From assembly GCA_964609325.1 (NCBI GenBank), contig CAZSTP010000002.1:4984-68983 (forward strand): 64,000 nucleotides of DNA. The letters are read 5' to 3'. Source of the stretch: an uncultured Novosphingobium sp. Lineage in GTDB: Bacteria; Pseudomonadota; Alphaproteobacteria; Sphingomonadales; Sphingomonadaceae. Under the pieces are notes generated by a model, which saw only the letters and a program-made list of their open reading frames with translations, did no database searches and was not told the origin of the DNA. Shown piece after piece: positions 33,056-42,128 of the stretch. Each line of letters begins with the position of its first letter. The stretch's first letter is position 1. Position numbers and translations under genes: made by a program.

Positions 33056-36007
33056 GTGAGGACTAACACTCTGAAGCGGCGGGCGCTTTTTGGCAGCTCC
33101 GCCCTCGTCTCCATCGCGCTTCTGGCCAGCCAGCCAGCCTTCGCGCAGCAGGCCTCAGCAACTGAAGAAGCTGCTGACGATGCCGCTGGCGAGCCACAAA
33201 CCATCGTCGTCACGGGCAGCTTGCTCAAGAACCCGAATCTTGTGCTTTCCAGCCCTGTGAACGTGGTCGGTGAAAAAGAAATCGCCACCCGCCAGATCAA
33301 CAACGCAGAACAGCTCATTCGCGATCTGCCAGGCGTAGTCCCCGGCATCGGTTCGGCTGTTAACAACGGCAACGGCGGTTCAGCCACCGTCAACCTCCGT
33401 GGTCTCGGCAGCCAGCGCAATCTGGCCCTGATCGACGGCGACCGTATCGTACCATCAGGTTCGGGCGGCACCTTCGACCTTAACAACGTGCCGCTGGCCC
33501 TCGTCAGCCGCGTTGACATCCTCACCGGCGGTGCTTCGACCACTTATGGTGCTGACGCTGTTTCGGGCGTCGTGAACTTTGTCACAAAGTCCAACTTCAG
33601 CGGCCTTGATGCGCGCGTGTCGTATGGTCTGACCGAGCGTGGCGACGGCAACGCTTTGCGTGCCGACGTAACCTTGGGCGGTGATTTCGCCGAAGGCCGT
33701 GGTAACGCTGTGATCAGCATGGGCTACCAGAAGACCGACCCTGTCTATCAGGGTGATCGCGACTTCTCGCTGTTCCAGATCAACTCGTTCAACGGCCGCG
33801 CTGCCGGTGGTTCGCCAACCGGCACGCCAACCTCGTTCTGCCTTGATGACATCTGCGATGCCAACTATGTACAGAACAACGCCAATGGCACCGGTTTTGT
33901 TACTCCGGATCCAGACGGCTTCAACTTTGCACCGTTCAATATCTTCCAGACCCCGTATGAACGCTACAACCTCCTCGGCCAGGCAAAGTACGAGATTACC
34001 GACAACATCGAAGCCTATGGCCGTGGCATGTTCTCGAAGAACACCGTCAGCACGATCGTTGCGCCGTCGGGTATCTTCGGTGAAACCCTGACCACCAACA
34101 TCAACAACCCGTTCATCTCGGCTGGCCAACGCGCCGCAATTTGCGCCGCAAACCCTGCGATTGACTGCACTCCCGGTTCGACCGCAACGTTCGACCTTCC
34201 GGCTGTCTATCGCCGTACGGTTGAAGTTGGTCCTCGCATAAGCGACTACGTAACGACTATGTTCGACGTAAAGTTCGGTGTGCGTGGCAAGATCACAGAC
34301 ACGATCAACTTTGACGTGAACGCTGCACGCGGTGAATCGAACCAGACCCAGACGCTGAGCGGCTACACGCTGAAATCGCGCGTTAACCAAGCTCTGCTGG
34401 CTGATAACGCGACGACCTGCCGTACCACTTCCGGTGGCTGCGTTCCGCTGAACCTGTTTGGCGGCGAAGGCTCGATCACGCCTGCGATGGTCAGCTTCAT
34501 CCAAGGCGTTTCGACTGTTGCGGTTGATACCGGACTCACCCAGGTGCGCGGCGTCGTCAACGGCGACCTCGGCTTCACTTCGCCGGGCGCTGCGACACCG
34601 ATCAACTTCGCTGCTGGTGCGGAATATCGCAACTACACCTTCCGCCGCACTCCTGACAACCTGAGCCAGGTTCCGGGTGAACTCGGCGGCGGCGGCGGCG
34701 CGGTGCTGCCCTTCACGGGTGGTTACAACGTAACTGAAGGCTTTGCCGAAGTTAACGTACCACTGGTCGAAGACAAGCCGTTCTTCAACAACCTGTCGCT
34801 CGAAGCCGGTATCCGTCAATCGAAGTACAAGGTTGATGCTGCAGGCGATCCGTCGTTCAACACCACCACCTGGAAGGTTGGCGCGAACTGGGAACCAACC
34901 GCCGGTCTGAAACTGCGCGGCGGTTATCAGCGTGCAGTTCGTGCACCGAACATCGGCGAACTGTTCGCTCCATCGGTTACGAGCCTCACCAACCTCGCGG
35001 TTGACCCATGCTCGGGCACGAAGGCACAAGGTAATGCAAACCTCACCGCGGTCTGCATCGCACAGGGTGCAACTGCAGCCCAGATCGCTGCAGGTTCGAT
35101 CCAGGATCCGGCAGCAGGCCAAGCCAACGCCACCGGCGGCGGCAACCCGCTCCTGAACCCGGAAGTGGCAGACACCTTCACCATCGGTACGGTCTTTGCT
35201 CCTACGTTCCTGCCGGGCTTCAGCATGACCGTTGACTACTTCAACGTGAAGGTTAACGCTGCCGTATCGCAGCCGACCCCATCGGACGTAATGAATCCGT
35301 GCTTCCAGAACTTGTCAGCTACTTCGGCTGCAAGCACTGCCTGCACCAGCATTCGTCGTAACCCGGTGAACGGTCGCCTGTCCGGCCCGACCGGCACCAC
35401 CTTCGGTCTGCCTACCCCGCTGTCAAACCTTGGCCGTATCGATACCAGCGGTATCGATCTCACCGCCGCTTATGCGACAGATGTGGGCTTTGCGCGGTTG
35501 TTGTTGAACCTCAATGGTACGTACACCATCGACAACTACTTCCAGGCAACGCCGACCTCGATCAACCGCGAATGCGTTGGCCAGTACTCGGTTAACTGCG
35601 GCGCGATCCAGCCGAAGTGGGCACATAACCTGCGCACCACGCTGGACTTCGATGGCGACATCAACGTTTCGTTGCTGTGGCGCTACATGAGCGGTGTTGA
35701 ATACGAACGCCGCTTGTTCGAAACACGCAAGGCGTTCAATGGTGCCATCGTTGGTAGCGGTGTGCTTGTTGGCCAACAGCGTGATTTCAACCAGATCAGC
35801 GCTTTCAGCTACTTTGATCTGTCGGCTGGCTTCAAGATCATGGAGACTTTCACACTGGATCTCCTCGTCGCCAACCTGTTTGACCGCAAGCCACCAATCG
35901 TCGGCTCGACTCTGGGCACCACCGCCCAGAACAGCGGCAACACCTATCCGTCAACTTATGACGCACTGGGTCGCCGCTTCACCGTCACCGTCGGCATGCG
36001 CTTCTGA
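33056..36007 (+). CDS. TonB-dependent receptor
   Basis: GTG start behind AAGGA; signal peptide, IVVTGS, VNLRGLG..R.L.LIDG plug, C-terminal MRF. Confidence 0.93.
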   Translation: MRTNTLKRRALFGSSALVSIALLASQPAFAQQASATEEAADDAAGEPQTIVVTGSLLKNPNLVLSSPVNVVGEKEIATRQINNAEQLIRDLPGVVPGIGSAVNNGNGGSATVNLRGLGSQRNLALIDGDRIVPSGSGGTFDLNNVPLALVSRVDILTGGASTTYGADAVSGVVNFVTKSNFSGLDARVSYGLTERGDGNALRADVTLGGDFAEGRGNAVISMGYQKTDPVYQGDRDFSLFQINSFNGRAAGGSPTGTPTSFCLDDICDANYVQNNANGTGFVTPDPDGFNFAPFNIFQTPYERYNLLGQAKYEITDNIEAYGRGMFSKNTVSTIVAPSGIFGETLTTNINNPFISAGQRAAICAANPAIDCTPGSTATFDLPAVYRRTVEVGPRISDYVTTMFDVKFGVRGKITDTINFDVNAARGESNQTQTLSGYTLKSRVNQALLADNATTCRTTSGGCVPLNLFGGEGSITPAMVSFIQGVSTVAVDTGLTQVRGVVNGDLGFTSPGAATPINFAAGAEYRNYTFRRTPDNLSQVPGELGGGGGAVLPFTGGYNVTEGFAEVNVPLVEDKPFFNNLSLEAGIRQSKYKVDAAGDPSFNTTTWKVGANWEPTAGLKLRGGYQRAVRAPNIGELFAPSVTSLTNLAVDPCSGTKAQGNANLTAVCIAQGATAAQIAAGSIQDPAAGQANATGGGNPLLNPEVADTFTIGTVFAPTFLPGFSMTVDYFNVKVNAAVSQPTPSDVMNPCFQNLSATSAASTACTSIRRNPVNGRLSGPTGTTFGLPTPLSNLGRIDTSGIDLTAAYATDVGFARLLLNLNGTYTIDNYFQATPTSINRECVGQYSVNCGAIQPKWAHNLRTTLDFDGDINVSLLWRYMSGVEYERRLFETRKAFNGAIVGSGVLVGQQRDFNQISAFSYFDLSAGFKIMETFTLDLLVANLFDRKPPIVGSTLGTTAQNSGNTYPSTYDALGRRFTVTVGMRF

Positions 36008-36026
36008 TCCTTTCGGAAGAGCAGAC

Positions 36027-36066
36027 AAAAAAAGGGGGTGGGCGCGAGTCCGCCCCCTTTTCTTTT
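36027..36066 (+). terminator. Rho-independent terminator, likely bidirectional
   Basis: A-run, GGGGGTGGGC-GCGA-GTCCGCCCCC, then TTTTCTTTT. Confidence 0.8.
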
Positions 36067-36093
36067 GCGCCAAGCCATGAAAGAGCCTTTGCC

Positions 36094-37530
36094 ATGACTG
36101 ACCCCGCACTTTCCCCCGAGATGATTGGCCAGGCCCTTGCCGAGCGTCGGTTTTCCGATGCCACCCTTTTGCTTCAGGCGTGGGTGGACAAGCACCCCGA
36201 TGATGCCGATGCATGGTTCAATCTGGGCTATTGCCTGCGCCAGATGTTACAGCCTGAAGCAGCGCTAGACGCCTATCAGCACGCAATCGACGCGGGGATT
36301 ACCGGACCCGAACAGGTGCATCTGAACATGGCAGCTGTGAAGACCGAAGTACTGCTTGATGTCTCTGGTGCCCGCGCAAGCCTGAACGCCGCGCTTGCCC
36401 TTCAGCCCGCATTCGTGCTGGCCTGGCAAAACCTGGGCCAGTTGGAAGAGGATGTGGGCAACGCCGCTGCTGCGCGCGCTGCTTATGAAGCGGCACTCCG
36501 CCACGCCCCAGGTATTGGTCGTGCCCACGCCCGCATCGCCGGTATGGAAGTATTTTCAGGACACGCCGCCGAAGGATTGGCGCGCGTGGAGCAGGCTGCG
36601 GCGCTGGCCAGCACGCATGATGACCTGGTCGAATTGTCCTTTGCTGCTGCCAACGCCCTCGATGCTCTAGGCCGCTATGATGAGGCCTATACCCACGCAT
36701 TGGACGCAAACCAGTTGCAGAAGCAGTCAACCCGGCTGGTACATCGCCAGTCCGATGTGACCGCGCAGATCAATGCGATGATCGCGCTGTTTCCGGAAGA
36801 GCAGCTGCCCGCCGCCGAAGTCGCGGTATCGCCGATCTTCATTTGCGGCCTGTTCCGGTCGGGCTCTACCCTGCTGGAAACCCTCCTCAATCGCCACGCC
36901 GGTGTCACCATGGGGGGCGAGCTTGCCTATACATCATGGTTCATGACGCAATATGGCGGCGATATCCAACCTGCGACGGTCGCCGATGCAGCCGCTCGCT
37001 TCCGCACGGAATACGCCAACTTTGCGCAAGGGGTACTGGGCGGTGCCAGCGCCTTTACCGACAAGCGGATGGATAACTTCCTCTATCTCGGGCTGATAAA
37101 GCGCGCGTTCCCGGCAGCGAAGATCGTGCACATGATGCGCGATCCGATCGACAATTTCCTGTCGATGTACTTCCTGCCCTTTGCCGATAACCTCACCTAC
37201 GCCAACGATTTCGATGACATGCTGCACTATTACCGGCAATATCGCCGTCTGATGGCGCACTGGCAGGTTTGCTTCGGCGAAGACATCATTCCTGTGCGCT
37301 ATGAAGCACTGGTAGAGCAACCCGAGGCCGTGCTTGCCGATCTCGCGCAGGGCCTCGGCCTTTCAGGCAAAGCTGAACCAGGCGACGAACAGATCATCCG
37401 CACGGCGAGCGTCTGGCAAGTGCGCCAGCCCGTCCACGCCCGGTCGCGCGGGCGCTGGCGCAATTACGAAACCCATGTGGGCGAGTTGGCCGACTTGTTG
37501 CGCGCTGAATATCCTGAATTCAGCGAATAA
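36094..37530 (+). CDS. TPR-containing sulfotransferase
   Basis: N-terminal TPRs; PAPS-binding-type PIFICGLFRSGSTLLE, TDK, RDPIDN.LS, RYE.LV, RTAS..QVRQP. Confidence 0.9.
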   Translation: MTDPALSPEMIGQALAERRFSDATLLLQAWVDKHPDDADAWFNLGYCLRQMLQPEAALDAYQHAIDAGITGPEQVHLNMAAVKTEVLLDVSGARASLNAALALQPAFVLAWQNLGQLEEDVGNAAAARAAYEAALRHAPGIGRAHARIAGMEVFSGHAAEGLARVEQAAALASTHDDLVELSFAAANALDALGRYDEAYTHALDANQLQKQSTRLVHRQSDVTAQINAMIALFPEEQLPAAEVAVSPIFICGLFRSGSTLLETLLNRHAGVTMGGELAYTSWFMTQYGGDIQPATVADAAARFRTEYANFAQGVLGGASAFTDKRMDNFLYLGLIKRAFPAAKIVHMMRDPIDNFLSMYFLPFADNLTYANDFDDMLHYYRQYRRLMAHWQVCFGEDIIPVRYEALVEQPEAVLADLAQGLGLSGKAEPGDEQIIRTASVWQVRQPVHARSRGRWRNYETHVGELADLLRAEYPEFSE

Positions 37531-38518
37531 GAGGATTGGGTAGGTCAAGCGGAATTCCCTGAGACTCCGCGACCTTCTCCGTCCAGATTGCGACTTTGCC
37601 AATCTCGTCGGCATGGACATCCTCGGTCGCGCGTTCGCGTTCGCGGGCTTCGGCGTCGAAGGCACCGCCGTGCTTGCTGTGTCGGGTAAAGGCCGGACCT
37701 GCCACCACGGCTTGCGCATCAAGGCCAACGCCGAACAGGCTGCCGAGCGCCGCCATTACATCAGCAGGCCGCGCGGTTACCAGATCGCTGTTCAATGTCC
37801 GCACCCGGTCACCAAGCCGCACCGCCAGTCGTCCAAACAACTGCTGTTGCACCAACCAGCCCATGGCCGCCACTTGCAGATCGGATTGCGCCAGATAGTC
37901 CTGCGTGTCGAAACCGAGGTCATGCAACCCCTGCCCCAGTTGCTTGACGAGAAGATCACGTACCCACAACCGGCCTTCCAACCCTTTGCGTGCAATCGAG
38001 CCGAGATAGACGCGCAACGGCGCATGCAATAGCAGGGCACGGGATTGCGGACTCAGTTGGAGCATCCCGGCGATCAAGGCGTTGGCAATGTTGCTGGGCT
38101 TGACCACAATGCTCTCGCCCGGGCCAAACGGCCGGGCAAGCAGCTTCAGGCTGGCGTCCATCGCTTGGGCCAATTGGGGGCCACTGGCACCGCGCATCTG
38201 CCAGCCCGCCAAGTCGTTCAGCACCATCGGCTCCTTCAATCCCATCGCAAGGCCGGGCAGATCAAAGGCGCGGGCGAGCACCGACGATAGACAGAAGGCA
38301 GAATGAAAGATGAAGTGGAGCGGGGCACGCGGCACGTTTGACAAAGCATTGCGCGAAACGAATGTTTCCGCTGCGCTGCCCAACTGCTCTTCTGTCAGGA
38401 AGGTGGCACGAGCGTGATCTGCACGGCTGACGTGGCGAAAGCGGAAACCATCGGCGGCTTCGTCAAATCGCCACGGAAACCAGAGCGGATCAGCGGCCAA
38501 GTGTGCGGCGGTCGTCAT
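37520..38518 (-). CDS. Hypothetical protein with a sulfotransferase-like fold
   Basis: FIFHSAFCLSSVLARA at the position of a 5'-PSB-like loop, plus LKEP and VVKPSN. Fold assignment is inferred. Confidence 0.6.
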   Translation of the reverse strand: MTTAAHLAADPLWFPWRFDEAADGFRFRHVSRADHARATFLTEEQLGSAAETFVSRNALSNVPRAPLHFIFHSAFCLSSVLARAFDLPGLAMGLKEPMVLNDLAGWQMRGASGPQLAQAMDASLKLLARPFGPGESIVVKPSNIANALIAGMLQLSPQSRALLLHAPLRVYLGSIARKGLEGRLWVRDLLVKQLGQGLHDLGFDTQDYLAQSDLQVAAMGWLVQQQLFGRLAVRLGDRVRTLNSDLVTARPADVMAALGSLFGVGLDAQAVVAGPAFTRHSKHGGAFDAEARERERATEDVHADEIGKVAIWTEKVAESQGIPLDLPNPLIR

Positions 38519-38638
38519 GCTTTCTTGTGGCTGGTCAGCCTTTGGTTGTCCAGCAGTAGAAGGTGGTAACGAGCTTTCAGGAGCACGTCTGCTTTGCCTC
38601 TTGCAACGGGATGCGAGTGTGGCAAGGCTACAGCTTCA

Positions 38639-40432
38639 ATGATGAACGCTACCGACATGAGCCTGTGCCAACAGGCACTCTCCTTCCTGAAGGCCGGCCA
38701 GCATGCACAGGCAGGCGCTTCGCTGGCGCGGCTCTCGCCAGCGGCCCAGCAGCATCCCGATGCGTTCTATCTGGCAGCGCTGGCATGCGAGGGGCTAGGC
38801 CGCACAACAGATGTCGAGCCTTTGTTTCTGGCTGCTATCGAACGTGCACCGCGCAATCCTGTATACAAGAACAGTTACGCTCTTTTCCTGTCACGGCAGG
38901 GTCTCGGTGCTGAAGCCATTGCCGCACTGGAGAGCGCCGTTGAAACGGCCCCGGATCATGGCGAAGCTTGGCTCAATCTTGCCTTGTTAAGGCAGGAACG
39001 CGGTGACCTGTCCGGAGCGGCCAAGGCGTTGGCCAAAGCAGAGACCCTCGCACCTGACACACCACGCGTGCTTGCCGCTACCGGTGCCTTGGCCCAAGCG
39101 CAGGGCGACGGCCCAAGGGCACGGAAGGCCCTGACCAAGGCGGTGCAACAGGTGCCCGGCGATCTGGCCGCTGTATTGCGACTGGCCAAGGCGCTCGGAC
39201 AGCAAGGCGATTTCACCGCAGCTTTGGCGACGCTCGGATCTGCCGAAGATCCCCAACTTGCCACGACACGTGCCGATCTATTGGCCGATGCCGGACGCAT
39301 GGAAGAGGCGGAGGCCGCCTATCGCGCTGTTGCTGTGCGCTGGCCACACCATACCGAGGCACTCACCTCACTCGCGTTCCTGCTGCCGCAACTAGGCCGG
39401 CGATCTGTTGCGCTTGATGAGTTCCGGTCCGTCTTGGCCGAAGATGCTCCGGCACATGTATGGCGCGCCGCATTGGCGGCGGCACGCGGTGTCAATGACG
39501 GAGCAACGCTGTTGGCTTGGGCAACCGAGGCGGAACAGAAATTCGGACTGGCTGCAGAATGGCGACTGGCGCGGCTGACGGCGCTACGGCTACAGGAACG
39601 CTATGGCGAAGCCTTGGCCGAGGCTCGGACCGAGCAAGGACGGTTCCCTGGTGAAACGGCGCTGGCCAATCACAGGGCGTGGCTTGCTTTGCGGCAAGGA
39701 GAACTGGACGAGGCTGAGACTTCGGCACTCGCTGTCAGTCGCGCTATCCCGCTGGACCAGACCGCATGGAGCCTGTTGAGCATTATCTGGAGGCTCAAGA
39801 ACGATATACGCGAAGAATGGCTGATCGATTACAGCAACTTGGTAATAACCAGTGATCTTGTGGTTCCGGCTGGCTGGAACAGCCTCACCACATTTCTGAG
39901 CGACCTCAAGTCCGTACTGGAACAGCGCCACAAGACATTGAAGGCGCCCCCGGAACAAACATTGCGAGGCGGCACCCAGACTCGCGGCGAACTGTTTGCT
40001 ACAACCGATCCGGTCCTGCTGGCCCTGCGCGATTCACTAGGTGTGACGGTCGAGAAATGCTTAACCGGCCTGTCGCATCAGGCCGAACACCCGTTTCTGG
40101 GCCGCCTTACCGGCAAAGCGCGACTAAGAGGCAGCTGGTCGGTGCGGCTTCAGGGATCGGGTCACCACGTCAACCATATCCATCCGCAAGGCTGGCTCAG
40201 CTCGGCCTTTTACGTCGCGCTACCGCCCGAAATGAACGCCGATAGCGATGACGGTTCGCTAACCTTCGGCTCACCCGATATGGCGCTGGGGCTGACTTTG
40301 GAGCCGCGCCGCGTGGTGAAGCCTTCGGCCGGTAAGCTGACAATCTTCCCGAGCTATGTCTGGCATGGCACGGTGCCGTTTCAAAGCGCATCGTCAAGGC
40401 TTACGGCGGCGTTTGATGCCCTGCCGGTCTAG
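38639..40432 (+). CDS. TPR-fused putative 2OG-Fe(II) oxygenase
   Basis: Multiple TPRs; QTLRGGTQT, HVNHIHPQGWLSSAFYV, FPSYVWHGT, RLTAAFD. Start uncertain. Confidence 0.85.
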   Translation: MMNATDMSLCQQALSFLKAGQHAQAGASLARLSPAAQQHPDAFYLAALACEGLGRTTDVEPLFLAAIERAPRNPVYKNSYALFLSRQGLGAEAIAALESAVETAPDHGEAWLNLALLRQERGDLSGAAKALAKAETLAPDTPRVLAATGALAQAQGDGPRARKALTKAVQQVPGDLAAVLRLAKALGQQGDFTAALATLGSAEDPQLATTRADLLADAGRMEEAEAAYRAVAVRWPHHTEALTSLAFLLPQLGRRSVALDEFRSVLAEDAPAHVWRAALAAARGVNDGATLLAWATEAEQKFGLAAEWRLARLTALRLQERYGEALAEARTEQGRFPGETALANHRAWLALRQGELDEAETSALAVSRAIPLDQTAWSLLSIIWRLKNDIREEWLIDYSNLVITSDLVVPAGWNSLTTFLSDLKSVLEQRHKTLKAPPEQTLRGGTQTRGELFATTDPVLLALRDSLGVTVEKCLTGLSHQAEHPFLGRLTGKARLRGSWSVRLQGSGHHVNHIHPQGWLSSAFYVALPPEMNADSDDGSLTFGSPDMALGLTLEPRRVVKPSAGKLTIFPSYVWHGTVPFQSASSRLTAAFDALPV

Positions 40433-41049
40433 CGGTGGCTACAGCCATAGGCTAAAAGGATTGGCTTAACCCAGTCGGACATAACTACTGTCCGTGCCGA
40501 TAGATGGCTCGGAAATAGACCTAACTGGTCACCAGAAATACACGAGCGCAGCATCGGCCACCCGTAAAACCGGGCACAGCTCCAAACCTTAACCGGCCTA
40601 CACTCATCCAATTCATCTCGGCCCGGTTCGGCTTCTGATCCGATGCCAAGTCTGTGGTCAGAGGGCAACACTCTCCACACGGCAAGTTTGCACTCGCTGA
40701 CATCCCGAACGGCAAGTTTTAACAATTTTTTTCGCTTCGGGCCGGTTCGTACAAATTATTTGCGGAAAAATTTATGCCCTCCCGCAAACGCCACCTCCCC
40801 ACGAGACGCAATTTACATAGGTTTGACAATGCGCACTTTGGATCATTGTAATGCACTGATATCATTAACCAAAATCTGAAGGGTTTTAACCAGATCAGTG
40901 CATGCGCAAACTGCGCCGAGTCCGCAGAATTGCGCAAAATCTCCCTACAAACGCAATCACACCCCCTTTGTTCCCGCCGCTGATACATTTTGGATTTGTT
41001 AACCAATTTATGTGAGCTATTACGGCATTCTACTAAGGGCAGATACTCG

Positions 41050-41394
41050 ATGCGCGCTGATGTAAAGACTCTCTTCGACCGTCTTGGCAAAACCGATTTC
41101 CAGTATCACGATTTTGGCGATCGTTTCACCGAGGTTGAAACGTGGCCCGTGTTCGAGGCTATTCTGCGTGATCCACGCGTACAGCAAACCGTCGTCGGCA
41201 ATGTTGTGATTACGGCGCGCGAACCGGAACCCGAACCGCGCGCACCTCAACCCCTGCCACTGGGCGCCGCGCTTTCACGCAAGTACGGCAACCAGCCCCA
41301 ATCAGCCAAGGCACGCCCGGCACCAGAAGAAGCGCAAGACGTGCGCAGCCTGCTTGCGCGGATATCGACTGCCGTCAGCAAGGGAACGATCTGA
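41050..41394 (+). CDS. Cellulose biosynthesis BcsP/BcsR-like protein
   Basis: MRADVKTLFDRLG...YHDF N-terminus and Pro-rich C-terminus; lies directly before bcsQ. Confidence 0.6.
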   Translation: MRADVKTLFDRLGKTDFQYHDFGDRFTEVETWPVFEAILRDPRVQQTVVGNVVITAREPEPEPRAPQPLPLGAALSRKYGNQPQSAKARPAPEEAQDVRSLLARISTAVSKGTI

Positions 41395-42128
41395 TGCCAT
41401 TGATGCTTGTTCAAGGCCTGCGGGGTGGCGTTGGAACAACAAGCCTCGTTGCCAATCTTGCCATCGGCCTTGCCCAGTCCGGTGTACCTGTGACTGTCCT
41501 TGATATGGCAGCGCGCAGCACCATGGCTTTGCACTTCGGCCTTGAGCCCACAGATCGCCTGCCACCACTCGATGAAGCGCAGCCAAACGACGCGGTTGTG
41601 CACGGGGTTACTCTGCGCGATGCCTATACCATCGCAGACCGGGGCGATCTCGCTTATGGTCTGGCATCGGGCGAAATCAGCTTCGCAGATAATATGCTGT
41701 TCATTGCCGACGTCGGCTCGTCGGATATGACCCTGTTCGAGCAGCTCCGTCCATACGCTGCGCTCGATTTGTTGGTGCTTGCCCCATCCGGCGAATGTCT
41801 GGTCAGCCTGCCCGAGGCGCTCGACGCTGCCGGGCCAAACACCCGTTTCGTGCTGAACAAGGCCGATGATACGCGCAAACTGGCGCGGCACGCCGCAGTG
41901 TTTGTGCGCGAACTGCTTGGCGACAAGTTGCTCGCAACCATTCGCAGTGACGAAGCGGTTGTGGAATCCGCCGCCATGATCCATCCGCTCGTCCGCCATG
42001 CCCCGGTCAGTGCCGCGTTGCACGATATCAGCGCACTGGGCGTTCTGGTCTCCGGATTGGCACCGGTTGAGCGTGGCGAAACTGCCGTCACCCACGAAGC
42101 ACCGCACAAGGCTAGCCACGCCGCATGA
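41394..42128 (+). CDS. bcsQ: Cellulose synthase operon ParA/MinD-like protein
   Basis: QGLRGGVGTTSLVANLA; overlaps the bcsA start (ATGA). Confidence 0.88.
   Translation: MPLMLVQGLRGGVGTTSLVANLAIGLAQSGVPVTVLDMAARSTMALHFGLEPTDRLPPLDEAQPNDAVVHGVTLRDAYTIADRGDLAYGLASGEISFADNMLFIADVGSSDMTLFEQLRPYAALDLLVLAPSGECLVSLPEALDAAGPNTRFVLNKADDTRKLARHAAVFVRELLGDKLLATIRSDEAVVESAAMIHPLVRHAPVSAALHDISALGVLVSGLAPVERGETAVTHEAPHKASHAA

Noticed and set aside
33455-35122. 555-aa minus-strand ORF inside the TonB receptor
   Set aside because: An antisense shadow of a strongly codon-biased gene, with no motif or RBS. The same applies to 3886-4890, 12048-12917, 13472-14428, 46657-47991, 51943-53004 and 54190-55104.
40679-40692. 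Sigma-54 promoter (GG...GC) upstream of bcs
   Set aside because: GG and GC are separated by 7 nt rather than the required 10.
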